Assembly (NCBI RefSeq): GCF_001194135.2
Contig: NC_069002.1
Location: 7,128,429 to 7,184,674, forward strand
Origin: Octopus bimaculoides
Taxonomy: Eukaryota
Reading direction: 5' to 3'
Length of the DNA: 56,246 nucleotides
This document shows positions 25,559 to 39,047 of this stretch, in pieces; within the stretch, counting starts at the first letter, position 1; the number at the start of each line of letters is the position of its first letter. Below the pieces are notes generated by a model that ran no database searches, was not told where the DNA came from, and was given only the letters and a program-made list of their open reading frames with translations. Position numbers and translations under genes: made by a program.

Positions 25559-26009
25559 ACACACACACACGCACGCACACACACACACAGCGTCATACAG
25601 GCAAAACTTAAACACTGACAGAAGTCTTCAGACAGAAACACATACACATAGATTCATAAAGTTACTCGCACGATGATTCTCTATCACACACGTACACACG
25701 CACAGACACATATCTACACAGAGATGATTCTGACGAACGTATACACAGAACACGGTAAGTACAACACACGCACGTAAACACATACACACATACATACATA
25801 CACACATACAGAATGATCGCGTAAACTTGTAGTGCTAAGCAGTTTAAGATGGCGGCCAATGCAATGAGATTAAATGTAATTTAAGTGTTGGTCAGGGTTT
25901 GGAGTCTAAGATTGATAGACGTTATGAAAACGACGACGTGTTGTGCACATGTACATCGACATACATATATGCATGCATGCATACATACACATGCTTATAT
26001 ATATGTATG

Positions 26010-26064
<55 letters not shown>

Positions 26065-26250
26065 NNNNNNNNNNNNNNNNNNNNNNNNNNNNNNNNNNNN
26101 NNNNNNNNNNNNNNNNNNNNNNNNNNNNNNNNNNNNNNNNNNNNNNNNNNNNNNNNNNNNNNNNNNNNNNNNNNNNNNNNNNNNNNNNNNNNNNNNNNNN
26201 NNNNNNNNNNNNNNNNNNNNNNNNNNNNNNNNNNNNNNNNNNNNNNNNNN

Positions 26251-26306
<56 letters not shown>

Positions 26307-27063
26307 GCAAATGCAAATTACATACTTACATGCATATATGCAAATATAAAATATCAAGGAAATCTTTAGACATCCCCAAATATCTGTCAATTGCGAATAA
26401 CGTTTTCGTTATGAAACAAAACAAAACAAAACAAAGACAGCCTAACTATGTGATTTAAATTTTACTCCAACTTCCAACGCTCGGCCAGAAAGTACTGCAT
26501 AACATATACTCTTGATACCTCAATCTGTCTTTTTCAAACTCTCTGTTGTGCTGCCAATAACATTAACAACATCTCAGAAATCTGGACAAAAAAAAAAAAC
26601 AAGAATACTGAAGATCCATATAGAGCAGTTTCCGATCAACAGAATGATACGTTAAGGAAATGTAAATAACCAAAACAAGTTTGTTATGGTATGGCTGGAA
26701 CAAAAACTCTCGTGGTTAGGTTAGCCAAAGTTCCATAAGAATAAAGAATCACACTAGCTTGTCTGCAATACGGTTGGACTGCCAGAAAGCTTTTCTTTGG
26801 CATCACGTGGGTGGATTAGCCAGTATTCAAGAGCATGGTAGTTGCTACTCAAAACCTAATCATAATTTGGTACACCACATTACGGCACAAAAGATAAACC
26901 AATCAAATCTGATAGCATATATTACCAAGACGAGGAGAGTCCTGTGGATTGATCGTAAATGGGATTAAATTCAATCTGTCATCATTCGCATCATTGCACG
27001 ACTACTATACTGCCTCACAACACCTTTGCAAAGACTTAACTGACATTTCCATTTCTAGTTTTA

Positions 27064-27172
27064 AAATGGTCACTGCAAGAACTTAATGAGATGGATGTAA
27101 GACATCCCGAAACTTCTCACAGTTGCTAGAAATTTCCACATCAATGGTGGTGTCGAGAAATTATATGTCCTA
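27064..27172 (+). mobile_element. R4/Dong- or RTEX-like LINE fragment
   Basis: KWSLQELNEMDVR(fs)KLLTVARNFHINGGVEKLYV resembles the W..EL..LDRKTRKLLT...HP..DVDRLY motif. Flanks from about 26450 to 27350 may be more of the same element. Confidence 0.45.
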
Positions 27173-27414
27173 CATGTAAATATAATACAAGTTCGAAATT
27201 AGAATGCTGAAGCAACATTTCCATCTTAAAACCACAAATTTTGATAGGTAGGTTCCTTCTAATGATCCTGTAATCGCTGAAGTGTATTTCGTATCATCTT
27301 TGAAGTTACAAGTAGGGAGACATGCGACTCTATGCATCAAAATACATACATGAAACAAAACATGCAAATCTGCAAATATACATATATACATACATACCTG
27401 CATACAAATAAAAG

Positions 27415-27500
27415 TACCGTTGTTGATGCTGAAATTCCAATGAAGGAGCCTTGGATCTAGGTTAGAAACCGACTCTTTGTCTGTGGGCAAACTGAATAAT
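27415..27500. repeat. Family D element, copy 2
   Basis: GTTGATGCTGAAATTCCAATGAAGGAGCCTTGGATCTAGGTTAGAAACCGACTCTTTGTCTGTGG. Confidence 0.8.
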
Positions 27501-27864
27501 GGCATACATACTTACATACATACCTACATGCATACATACATATACACATACATACACATACACATACAGACACATGCATACACAATTGGAAACACAAACA
27601 CAATGTATTTAGTAACAGTGTTAACAAATCGTTATCCACATGCATGCCAAAATTATGACTAGTTATAATGGAAACACGAATTAGCATGAAGTGCAAGTGC
27701 TGCAAACGTCATTAAATACTATACGTTAGACACAGTGCGTACAAAAATCATATGAAAGACATATAGAGTTGTAGATATACATATATATATATATATAAAT
27801 GCATACAAACGTATGTACATAGATGCATACATAACCTCGCACAAACGCAAATATATATATACAT

Positions 27865-27939
<75 letters not shown>

Positions 27940-28246
27940 NNNNNNNNNNNNNNNNNNNNNNNNNNNNNNNNNNNNNNNNNNNNNNNNNNNNNNNNNNNNN
28001 NNNNNNNNNNNNNNNNNNNNNNNNNNNNNNNNNNNNNNNNNNNNNNNNNNNNNNNNNNNNNNNNNNNNNNNNNNNNNNNNNNNNNNNNNNNNNNNNNNNN
28101 NNNNNNNNNNNNNNNNNNNNNNNNNNNNNNNNNNNNNNNNNNNNNNNNNNNNNNNNNNNNNNNNNNNNNNNNNNNNNNNNNNNNNNNNNNNNNNNNNNNN
28201 NNNNNNNNNNNNNNNNNNNNNNNNNNNNNNNNNNNNNNNNNNNNNN

Positions 28247-28291
<45 letters not shown>

Positions 28292-29103
28292 CACATACAT
28301 ACATACATACACAGCTACATGCATACATATTTGTGTGGGTGTGTCTGCGGATATTTATTTATCTACACATATATAAATCGTTATTGTATCAAATTCCGTT
28401 TCCGTCAAGTCCCAGTGTTCCTCCATGCTTGATAAGAACTGTGATTAGAGATGATAGTCTGTAGGAATCTAATCCTAAATCTTCCCGTGATTGTCCTCAG
28501 CACCACCTAACTCTGCCTCAGTCACCATGCTTCAATGCACGCTCTCAGACTTATCTATAGACATGCTGTTATACGAAAACATACATCTGCACGACATACA
28601 CACATATATAGAATCACGCATATATAGACATACACACATACGTACATAAATAAATACCTAAATACATACATACGCACATTCATATATTTACGGTATGCTA
28701 CGATATGCTATGGAAACGTATATGTATGCCCGACTGTTTCTCTGTATGTATGTATGCATGTGTGTATGTATGTGTGCTTCTGTGTGAGTATGTATGAGTT
28801 ATCGGTACCACGTGACGCTATCACTCCCTCGAGGAGCGTGTTGAGTAGGTATTGATGGTATGAGCTTATGTCTGGTTCCTTCTGGCCGACACTACAGCAG
28901 GCTTTCTCTCCGCCTGTTCATCTACGCCGTCACCAGCCTACTACCATTTATAACTCAATATATATTTACATAAACACATATATGTATATAAATAGATATA
29001 CATAACCCACCACACACACACGCACATACATATATATATATATATATTCAGACACACATAAATATACATGTTTATATAAATACACATACACACGCACATA
29101 TAC

Positions 29104-29142
<39 letters not shown>

Positions 29143-29845
29143 NNNNNNNNNNNNNNNNNNNNNNNNNNNNNNNNNNNNNNNNNNNNNNNNNNNNNNNNNN
29201 NNNNNNNNNNNNNNNNNNNNNNNNNNNNNNNNNNNNNNNNNNNNNNNNNNNNNNNNNNNNNNNNNNNNNNNNNNNNNNNNNNNNNNNNNNNNNNNNNNNN
29301 NNNNNNNNNNNNNNNNNNNNNNNNNNNNNNNNNNNNNNNNNNNNNNNNNNNNNNNNNNNNNNNNNNNNNNNNNNNNNNNNNNNNNNNNNNNNNNNNNNNN
29401 NNNNNNNNNNNNNNNNNNNNNNNNNNNNNNNNNNNNNNNNNNNNNNNNNNNNNNNNNNNNNNNNNNNNNNNNNNNNNNNNNNNNNNNNNNNNNNNNNNNN
29501 NNNNNNNNNNNNNNNNNNNNNNNNNNNNNNNNNNNNNNNNNNNNNNNNNNNNNNNNNNNNNNNNNNNNNNNNNNNNNNNNNNNNNNNNNNNNNNNNNNNN
29601 NNNNNNNNNNNNNNNNNNNNNNNNNNNNNNNNNNNNNNNNNNNNNNNNNNNNNNNNNNNNNNNNNNNNNNNNNNNNNNNNNNNNNNNNATATATATATAT
29701 ATATATATACATATATACACACATTATATATATATATTTTTTTAATATTTTATCTTAATAACGTATGAAGCATATGATATGATATTCTCTAATAGGAAGC
29801 CTTTTGATCCATACACACACGCTGACACACAGACACACACGCACG

Positions 29846-29895
<50 letters not shown>

Positions 29896-32470
29896 GATGC
29901 TGTTAAAACAACGTTTGAACATTTCATCTTTCCGTCCAATTCGTTGATCAAAGACCTTCGGATCAACATAGAAGGATTAAATAACGGCTCAAAAATATTA
30001 TGATTGTTAAGTATTTAATCTAGTCTTAGTATGTTCGTCACTGTATATGTACGTGTCGGAGTGTGTGTGTATGTATGTATATATACATATATATATGTAT
30101 GTAAGTATGTATGTATGTATATATGTGTGTGTGTTTATGGGTGCAGTTGTGTGTTTGAGTGTATCCATGTATGTGTGTATCGTGAGCTGTTATGTGAATG
30201 TATGTATTTTGTTTCTATCTGTATACATGTACGTGTATCGATATGTGTATGTGTGAACGTGTACCTGTGTGTTCATGCTGTACTGGCGTGTATGTGTGTG
30301 CCTGCGTGTCTGCATGTATGTGTATTATGTGTATGTGTGTGTATTGAATGTGATTGTACTTTGTCTGTGTACGTGTGTGTGTGAGCGTGTGTTTGTGTCG
30401 TATTCTGGGGGCATGTATCGCGTTCGTTGTATATGTATGAATGTATATATGCATACCTCTATGTGCCTACTGTACAATATTATATATATATATATATATA
30501 TATATNNNNNNNNNNNNNNNNNNNNNNNNNNNNNNNNNNNNNNNNNNNNNNNNNNNNNNNNNNNNNNNNNNNNNNNNNNNNNNNNNNNNNNNNNNNNNNN
30601 NNNNNNNNNNNNNNNNNNNNNNNNNNNNNNNNNNNNNNNNNNNNNNNNNNNNNNNNNNNNNNNNNNNNNNNNNNNNNNNNNNNNNNNNNNNNNNNNNNNN
30701 NNNNNNNNNNNNNNNNNNNNNNNNNNNNNNNNNNNNNNNNNNNNNNNNNNNNNNNNNNNNNNNNNNNNNNNNNNNNNNNNNNNNNNNNNNNNNNNNNNNN
30801 NNNNNNNNNNNNNNNNNNNNNNNNNNNNNNNNNNNNNNNNNNNNNNNNNNNNNNNNNNNNNNNNNNNNNNNNNNNNNNNNNNNNNNNNNNNNNNNNNNNN
30901 NNNNNNNNNNNNNNNNNNNNNNNNNNNNNNNNNNNNNNNNNNNNNNNNNNNNNNNNNNNNNNNNNNNNNNNNNNNNNNNNNNNNNNNNNNNNNNNNNNNN
31001 NNNNNNNNNNNNNNNNNNNNNNNNNNNNNNNNNNNNNNNNNNNNNNNNNNNNNNNNNNNNNNNNNNNNNNNNNNNNNNNNNNNNNNNNNNNNNNNNNNNN
31101 NNNNNNNNNNNNNNNNNNNNNNNNNNNNNNNNNNNNNNNNNNNNNNNNNNNNNNNNNNNNNNNNNNNNNNNNNNNNNNNNNNNNNNNNNNNNNNNNNNNN
31201 NNNNNNNNNNNNNNNNNNNNNNNNNNNNNNNNNNNNNNNNNNNNNNNNNNNNNNNNNNNNNNNNNNNNNNNNNNNNNNNNNNNNNNNNNNNNNNNNNNNN
31301 NNNNNNNNNNNNNNNNNNNNNNNNNATATATATATATATAAATGCATATATATTCACACAACACACAGACATAAGTATGTATGTATTGCGAAAGGCAACT
31401 ATGATCCGCATTGACTTCCATACATATATCATAGCCACTATCTAAATATATTAATGATTCTCCACTGAAGCAAATCAGCGAAATAGATTAATCATTGAGA
31501 ACATATTAAGTTGATAGGCACGTTCTCATCATTCGATGATCGCCGCCATATTTTTCTTCTTCTACTTCTATAGTTTTACACTCAATAAGAAATAAAACTT
31601 CCACGGCGCCCATCGCAATTCCCGTCATCTCCGTTTTGCTTTTGGTTTATTTTCAACTGAACACCTTTTAAATGCTTCATGTATGCTTTGTATATATTGC
31701 AAAGATTGTATGCGTGTATATATGTTCTCTCTTGTTTTGTTTTGTTTTTTAATTATTTGTAATCTTCCTGTGAGGAAGGATTTGGTTTCTAACAAACATA
31801 CAATGCTCCGTTGCTGGAATGTTGGTCACGAAAAGTAATTTATATATTGAACTTTAGAAATACTTTACTCATTTGTATCATTCCTTTTACGGTTTTATAA
31901 TGTTCGCTGGTTGATTGCTGTAAAGCCTGACTTTTCCAGATTATTACATGGCTATTTACTAACAAGACCAAATATACCAATCGTTATTGATATATACGTG
32001 AATTTATAATTTGGGTGTAGATCCTATGGATGTCTTGAAACACTTATTTGTAGTTATCCCCTTTCTATTTCGTTGCTGAAGGGCCGCTGATCTTTTTGAC
32101 GGTACAAATTTTTCCTTGGTTGTCACAAAAAACAAGCGTGTTATTTATGAAAGTATATATGCATCTATATGTATGTATGCATGAATATACGTATTTTTTG
32201 CATGTATACATGGACGCACGTGCTTCAGAATATTTATACATTTTGAGGCAAATATGCATGTATATAGACGCAGAATTATATATGTGATATTATGTATTTT
32301 GGACATCTATGATTACATACATATATGTACAAAATTACATATATATGTATATGCATATATGGGTACAGGACGTCATAGCACGTAAACAACATGGAAGCAA
32401 AGAAAAAGAAAATTTGGGATTTGCGAAGGGTCAAAATGGGTAACAAAAACAGGATAGTGAAAACAAACAA

Positions 32471-32541
<71 letters not shown>

Positions 32542-33389
32542 CAGATGTGTATGTGTGTGTATATGAATATTTATTTTTGCATATATGTATATTTCGGTAT
32601 ATAATTTATGTATTGTTTATATTAATCTGTAATGGGACTACCACCACTCAGTGAATAAATCTGGGATATATTCATCTTGAATATTTGTGACCCTGGTAGG
32701 ATCCATATTCCGGCTCTTAAGTTACTCCTATCAAACAAAGAAATCGCAGGATCGTTGTTTACAATGTGTTTGGTTGTGTGTATGTATTTGAGTGAGTGTG
32801 TGTGTGTATGTATGTGAGAAACAGAAATTGTTTATTCGTAATCGACTGAAAGAAATGAAAAGTGAAATTTAAATAACAACTGTAAAGTTCCAACTATCGA
32901 TAACAGATTATTCCACTTTATTTGTTGTATTGAGTACTTTTTGGAGTTCGTTTACGCTAACTTATATTATGTGTGCATGTGTGAGTGTGTATGTGTGTGT
33001 GTGTTTGTATTTATCAGTGCATGTTCGGTTGCGTGAGAACGTTGGCGTGTTGGGCGACTGGGCCAGCCGTAACCAAAGACCTATATAATGTCTTTAGAAA
33101 CGCTTCACTTATTTTCCAGATCTCTTCGCGTCTTTCAAGTGTGTGAGTTGTTATTAAATAGAGTCGGTAAAACATCAAAAGGGGCGAGAAAAAGTAGGGG
33201 AAAGGAGGAGAAATAAAAGGAAAAGAAAGAAGAACAACAAGAACGACAACAACGCCAATAAGAACGAGATTTAGAATGCAAACGAGATGAAATTATGAAT
33301 AAAAATATGGCGCATTGGTGAAAAATAGGCTTCGGGCGTAATGCAGTTTTGAAATTTGCCGCTTCTTGTTTTACACTATTAGGAAAACA

Positions 33390-33407
33390 ACAACAACAGC
33401 AACAACA

Positions 33408-33438
<31 letters not shown>

Positions 33439-33727
33439 AGGGAAGAGGAAATTGATGTTGTTGATGATGATGATAATGATGAGGTGGAGAAAGTGGTGGT
33501 GTTGCTACAGATGGTATTACTGGTAGTGGATGGCGGTGTTGCTGGTGATGATGACGACGATGATGATGATAATGATGATGGTGATAATGAAGATTTTCGT
33601 GGGAAGTGGCGGTGGTGGAGGTAGCGGTTGTGGTGGTGATGGTGGTGGTGGTGGTACGGAGGTTTTATTGGTGGTAGAGGTTGTTTTGGTGTTGGTAGTG
33701 ATGTTGGTGGTGGGTGCTGTTAGCTAC

Positions 33728-33761
<34 letters not shown>

Positions 33762-34100
33762 GTGATAATGAAGATGATGGTGTATGAGGCAGTGGTGGTG
33801 GTAGTGGAGGTTGTATTGGCGGTGGTGGAAGTTGTGACGATGATCCCGATAATGATGATGGTGGTGGAAGTGGTGGAGGTGGTGGTGGAGGTTGTTTTGG
33901 TGGTGGTGGTGGTGGTGATGTTGGTAGGGATGGTATTGTTGGTGGTGTGTGGTGTTGGTTGTGATAATGATGATGGTGATGATGATGATGATGATGATGG
34001 TGAAGATGATGATGATGATGATGATGATGACGACGACGACGATGATGATGATGATGACGACGACGACGACGACCACGACGACGACGACGACGACGACGAC

Positions 34101-34133
<33 letters not shown>

Positions 34134-34246
34134 AGCGACGGCGATCGTGATGATGATGACGACGAAGAGAACAACGATAAAGAGGTTGAAGAATTGAAAA
34201 AAAAAACGGTGAAAATAGTTACAACAACAATAACAACAGCAGCAAT

Positions 34247-34277
<31 letters not shown>

Positions 34278-34310
34278 TCAACGAAAGCAGCAGTAACAAC
34301 AACAACAAAA
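33390..34310. repeat. Compound (GGT)/(GAT)/(GAC)/(CAA) domain
   Basis: Direct reading. Confidence 0.9.
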
Positions 34311-34716
34311 CTTAAAAAACAAAGAACGTGCCAGACAAAAATTGCCAAAATGTAACTAAATCTAATTGCAATCTCGATCAATATATAAATTATTGGGCCA
34401 TCAACCTGGAATGGAACGGCATAAGCTATTATTCTCTAAATAAGTCTAAGATATTTGGTAAAAGTGAAGCAATGGACGCTTAGTTCCAAGCGATTTAGAT
34501 TTTATCAACTTGGTTGGGCGTCCCAATTTAGAAGTAGACCCAGATTAGATTTCTTTTGTTCTATAAACTAATTCTTAACAGTTTCTTGATGTGCCTCTCT
34601 GCTCATCCGACGCCGCGTTATATCTATATATGAATATGTGTATATATATATATATATATATACGTAGAAATATAGATATAAATAATACAATTGTATTTAT
34701 AGTTATACGTTCTTAC

Positions 34717-34771
<55 letters not shown>

Positions 34772-34811
34772 CATATGTCTGTCAGTATGTTTGTCTGTCT
34801 GTCTGCATGTA

Positions 34812-34890
34812 TATGTGTAATCCTTGTAAGTTGATTTGGAAGACGGAAACTGAAAGAAACCTGTGATATATGTGTGTGTGTGTGTGTGTA
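34812..34890 (+). mobile_element. SINE family A body fragment
   Basis: CCTTGTAAGTTGATTTGGAAGACGGAAACTGAAAGAAACCTGT followed by an SSR, directly upstream of the full copy. Confidence 0.65.
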
Positions 34891-34920
34891 TGTATGTGTA
34901 TATATATATATATATATATT

Positions 34921-35335
34921 TAGGCGCAGTCTTGCCTGCGTGGTAAGAAGCTTGCTTCACAACCACATGGTTCAAGGTTCAGTCCCACTGTGTGGCACCT
35001 TGCGCAAGTGTCTTCTATTATAGCATCGGGCTGACCAAAGTCTTGTGAGTGGATTTGATAGACGGAAACTGAAAGAAGAGCGTCGGATAAGTATATATGT
35101 GTATGTGTGTGTGTCTTTGTGTATGTGTTTGTCCCGCACCATCGCTTGAAAGTGTTGCTGTGTTTACGTCCCCGCAATCTATTGATTCAGAAAAAGAGAC
35201 CAATAGAATAATTATTAGGCTTACAAAAAAAAAAAAAAAAAAAGGCTGGGGCCGATTCATTCGACTAGGAACGTTTTAAGGTTGTTCCCCCAACATGGCC
35301 GCCGTCTCGCAACTGAAACAAGTAAAAAAAAAAAA
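34921..35335 (+). mobile_element. SINE family A, near full-length (tRNA head, CORE-like body, internal TA/TG microsatellite, tail)
   Basis: B-box GGTTCAGTCCC at 34976-34986, GGCACCTTGCGCAAGTGTC CORE-like segment, GGATTTGATAGACGGAAACTGAAAGAAG, internal SSR, tail CATGGCCGC...CTGAAACAAGTAAAA. Homologous pieces recur six more times in the window. Confidence 0.85.
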
Positions 35336-36344
35336 AAGATCTATATTACATACACACACATACACACGGACACACATATATACTTCAAGGTAGAGCAAAG
35401 TTCCTTCTAAAGAGAGATAGCTAGATGTTTACAGTTCCTTGAAAAAGCAATTTTGTTTCGGTTACAAAAAGAACAAGAAGAAAAAAGACAATGACAACAA
35501 CAAAAAATATACAACATAAAAAAAAACCCCAGCCTTTATCACACATAAAAGCAGTATGAGACGCTATATCAGCACCAACTGCACACCATAAAAACGTTGT
35601 ATTTTTACATCTAAGAATTCACCTGTTATTCCTGACAAATTGCCATTATATTCCCTGTCTCTCCGTAAATGTTTTTGGCGGGAGTGGAATCTCTCTGGTA
35701 AATATTCCCTCACCACCCCGATTAGTTTTCCTAATTCTCGTGATTTCTTGCTAAAGTGCAGAACAGATTTCGAAGAATTTAAAGCCTTTGTTAAGTAGTG
35801 ATTTAACGGCAAACATTTTATTTTCATCTCATACTACACTCGCACCATAACCTACACACTGTACCCAATATATATACTGTCTTCTTTATCTAAAAGCATG
35901 GATTTTCTGTCATATTGGATTTCATTATATAGTTTTCTGCGTATATACATAGAGAACAGCCCCTCACGCACGCGCAAAAAAACAAAAAAACAGACACGTC
36001 ACACGTACGAATATTCATTCACACGTGAGCACACAGATACACTGCATATGTACGCACGCATACTGGCAAAGAAATCTGCACACTACAACGACAACTACTA
36101 CTACTGCTACTACCACGCACATAAGGACATTGGTACATTAAACGTAAGATGCTTTGGCACTTTTCCCAAACAAATAAATATTGAGCACTTCAACGTTTAC
36201 ACACGGTGCAAGAATATACGTATGTATGTATGTATGTATGAATACACATATATTTATACATATAAATACGTATATATATATATGTGTGTGTGTACATACC
36301 CATATATAAGAATATACCTTCATATATATACGCACACACATATA

Positions 36345-36388
<44 letters not shown>

Positions 36389-36463
36389 NNNNNNNNNNNN
36401 NNNNNNNNNNNNNNNNNNNNNNNNNNNNNNNNNNNNNNNNNNNNNNNNNNNNNNNNNNNNNNN

Positions 36464-36514
<51 letters not shown>

Positions 36515-36819
36515 AGTCATATATAAAGTTAAACATATACGTTTATATATGAGTGCATATAACTGTGTGTGCATGTGTGTGTGCGTACGTGTGTGTACGT
36601 GTGCATGTTTGCGTGTGTGTGTGCTTATGTATATAGAGCATTGTGTATAGATACGAAGCTGGTCTGAGAGAAAAAAAAGATGTAAGCGACTCTTTTGGAA
36701 ACCATTTTGAAAATGTTTGTGATGAGACAAGACGTGTTGAGTCATGTGACACTTGGCTAGAAAACAATGACTTTGCACATTGTGACACTTTAGCACTGTC
36801 GGATTATACTGAGGAACAA

Positions 36820-36877
<58 letters not shown>

Positions 36878-37129
36878 TACTCTGTCTGTCTATCTATGTA
36901 TCCATCTATCTATCTATATTATGTGTATATATATATANNNNNNNNNNNNNNNNNNNNNNNNNNNNNNNNNNNNNNNNNNNNNNNNNNNNNNNNNNNNNNN
37001 NNNNNNNNNNNNNNNNNNNNNNNNNNNNNNNNNNNNNNNNNNNNNNNNNNNNNNNNNNNNNNNNNNNNNNNNNNNNNNNNNNNNNNNNNNNNNNNNNNNN
37101 NNNNNNNNTGTATGTACTGATATACTAAA

Positions 37130-37169
<40 letters not shown>

Positions 37170-37449
37170 TCTCCTCGTTCCCCCATCTCTGTACGCCTAC
37201 GCACGCGCTCGTGTTTGTGTGTGTGTGTGTGTGTGAGAGAGTGCGTGCGCATATATATAAAGACATACGCGCACATAAAGCTTCATACATAAATATCAGT
37301 ACGTTTATGCAAACAAACACACGCACCCAAACACACATACAGAAGCGCTCAAACAACCAAACTTAGTAACATATTCTTGTCATAATTTTTTTCCTTCCTT
37401 TACAATCATCTTCGTTTTTGACAATTATTATTATTATCATTATTATGAC

Positions 37450-37492
<43 letters not shown>

Positions 37493-37965
37493 GTTATTAT
37501 TATTATCATTATTATCGTCTTTTGTGGGTTTTTATTTTTTCATCTTCCTTTGGCATTTGGTTTGGTTAATACTTTACCAAATCTTTGGAATAAATAGATA
37601 TTATTCCAAGACTTTCTAATAGGAAAAACCCATAACACTAAAACAATCGCAAAACTCGGTGCCAACACAAACATATTCAAAAAGCAACAACAACAACAAC
37701 GACGACGGCGAGGAGAACAACAACAACAACAGCAGCAGCAGCAGCAACTGTAGCAGCATTTATGATAAACATTTGTAGCTACCTAGAGAGTCTTCTTTCC
37801 TATAATTCACAGCTAATATGCTTCTGTACGTCTACGCTAGAGTACAAAAGTACGGCGTAATAAGCAATTTGACGCCATTCAACTGTGTATGTAGATATGC
37901 ATGTAGATATGTATGTATAAGTATATATATATATATATGTGTGTATGTATATATATTTTATAGAA

Positions 37966-38060
<95 letters not shown>

Positions 38061-39015
38061 AATATACGCACGCAAACATAANNNNNNNNNNNNNNNNNNN
38101 NNNNNNNNNNNNNNNNNNNNNNNNNNNNNNNNNNNNNNNNNNNNNNNNNNNNNNNNNNNNNNNNNNNNNNNNNNNNNNNNNNNNNNNNNNNNNNNNNNNN
38201 NNNNNNNNNNNNNNNNNNNNNNNNNNNNNNNNNNNNNNNNNNNNNNNNNNNNNNNNNNNNNNNNNNNNNNNNNNNNNNNNNNNNNNNNNNNNNNNNNNNN
38301 NNNNNNNNNNNNNNNNNNNNNNNNNNNNNNNNNNNNNNNNNNNNNNNNNNNNNNNNNNNNNNNNNNNNNNNNNNNNNNNNNNNNNNNNNNNNNNNNNNNN
38401 NNNNNNNNNNNNNNNNNNNNNNNNNNNNNNNNNNNNNNNNNNNNNNNNNNNNNNNNNNNNNNNNNNNNNNNNNNNNNNNNNNNNNNNNNNNNNNNNNNNN
38501 NNNNNNNNNNNNNNNNNNNNNNNNNNNNNNNNNNNNNNNNNNNNNNNNNNNNNNNNNNNNNNNNNNNNNNNNNNNNNNNNNNNNNNNNNNNNNNNNNNNN
38601 NNNNNNNNNNNNNNNNNNNNNNNNNNNNNNNNNNNNNNNNNNNNNNNNNNNNNNNNNNNNNNNNNNNNNNNNNNNNNNNNNNNNNNNNNNNNNNNNNNNN
38701 NNNNNNNNNNNNNNNNNNNNNNNNNNNNNNNNNNNNNNNNNNNNNNNNNNNNNNNNNNNNNNNNNNNNNNNNNNNNNNNNNNNNNNNNNNNNNNNNNNNN
38801 NNNNNNNNNNNNNNNNNNNNNNNNNNNNNNNNNNNNNNNNNNNNNNNNNNNNNNNNNNNNNNNNNNNNNNNNNNNNNNNNNNNNNNNNNNNNNNNNNNNN
38901 NNNNNNNNNNNNNNNNNNNNNNNNNNNNNNNNNNNNNNNNNNNNNNNNNNNNNNNNNNNNNNNNNNNNNNNNNNNNNNNNNNNNNNNNNNNNNNNNNNNN
39001 NNNNNNNNNNNNNNN

Positions 39016-39047
<32 letters not shown>

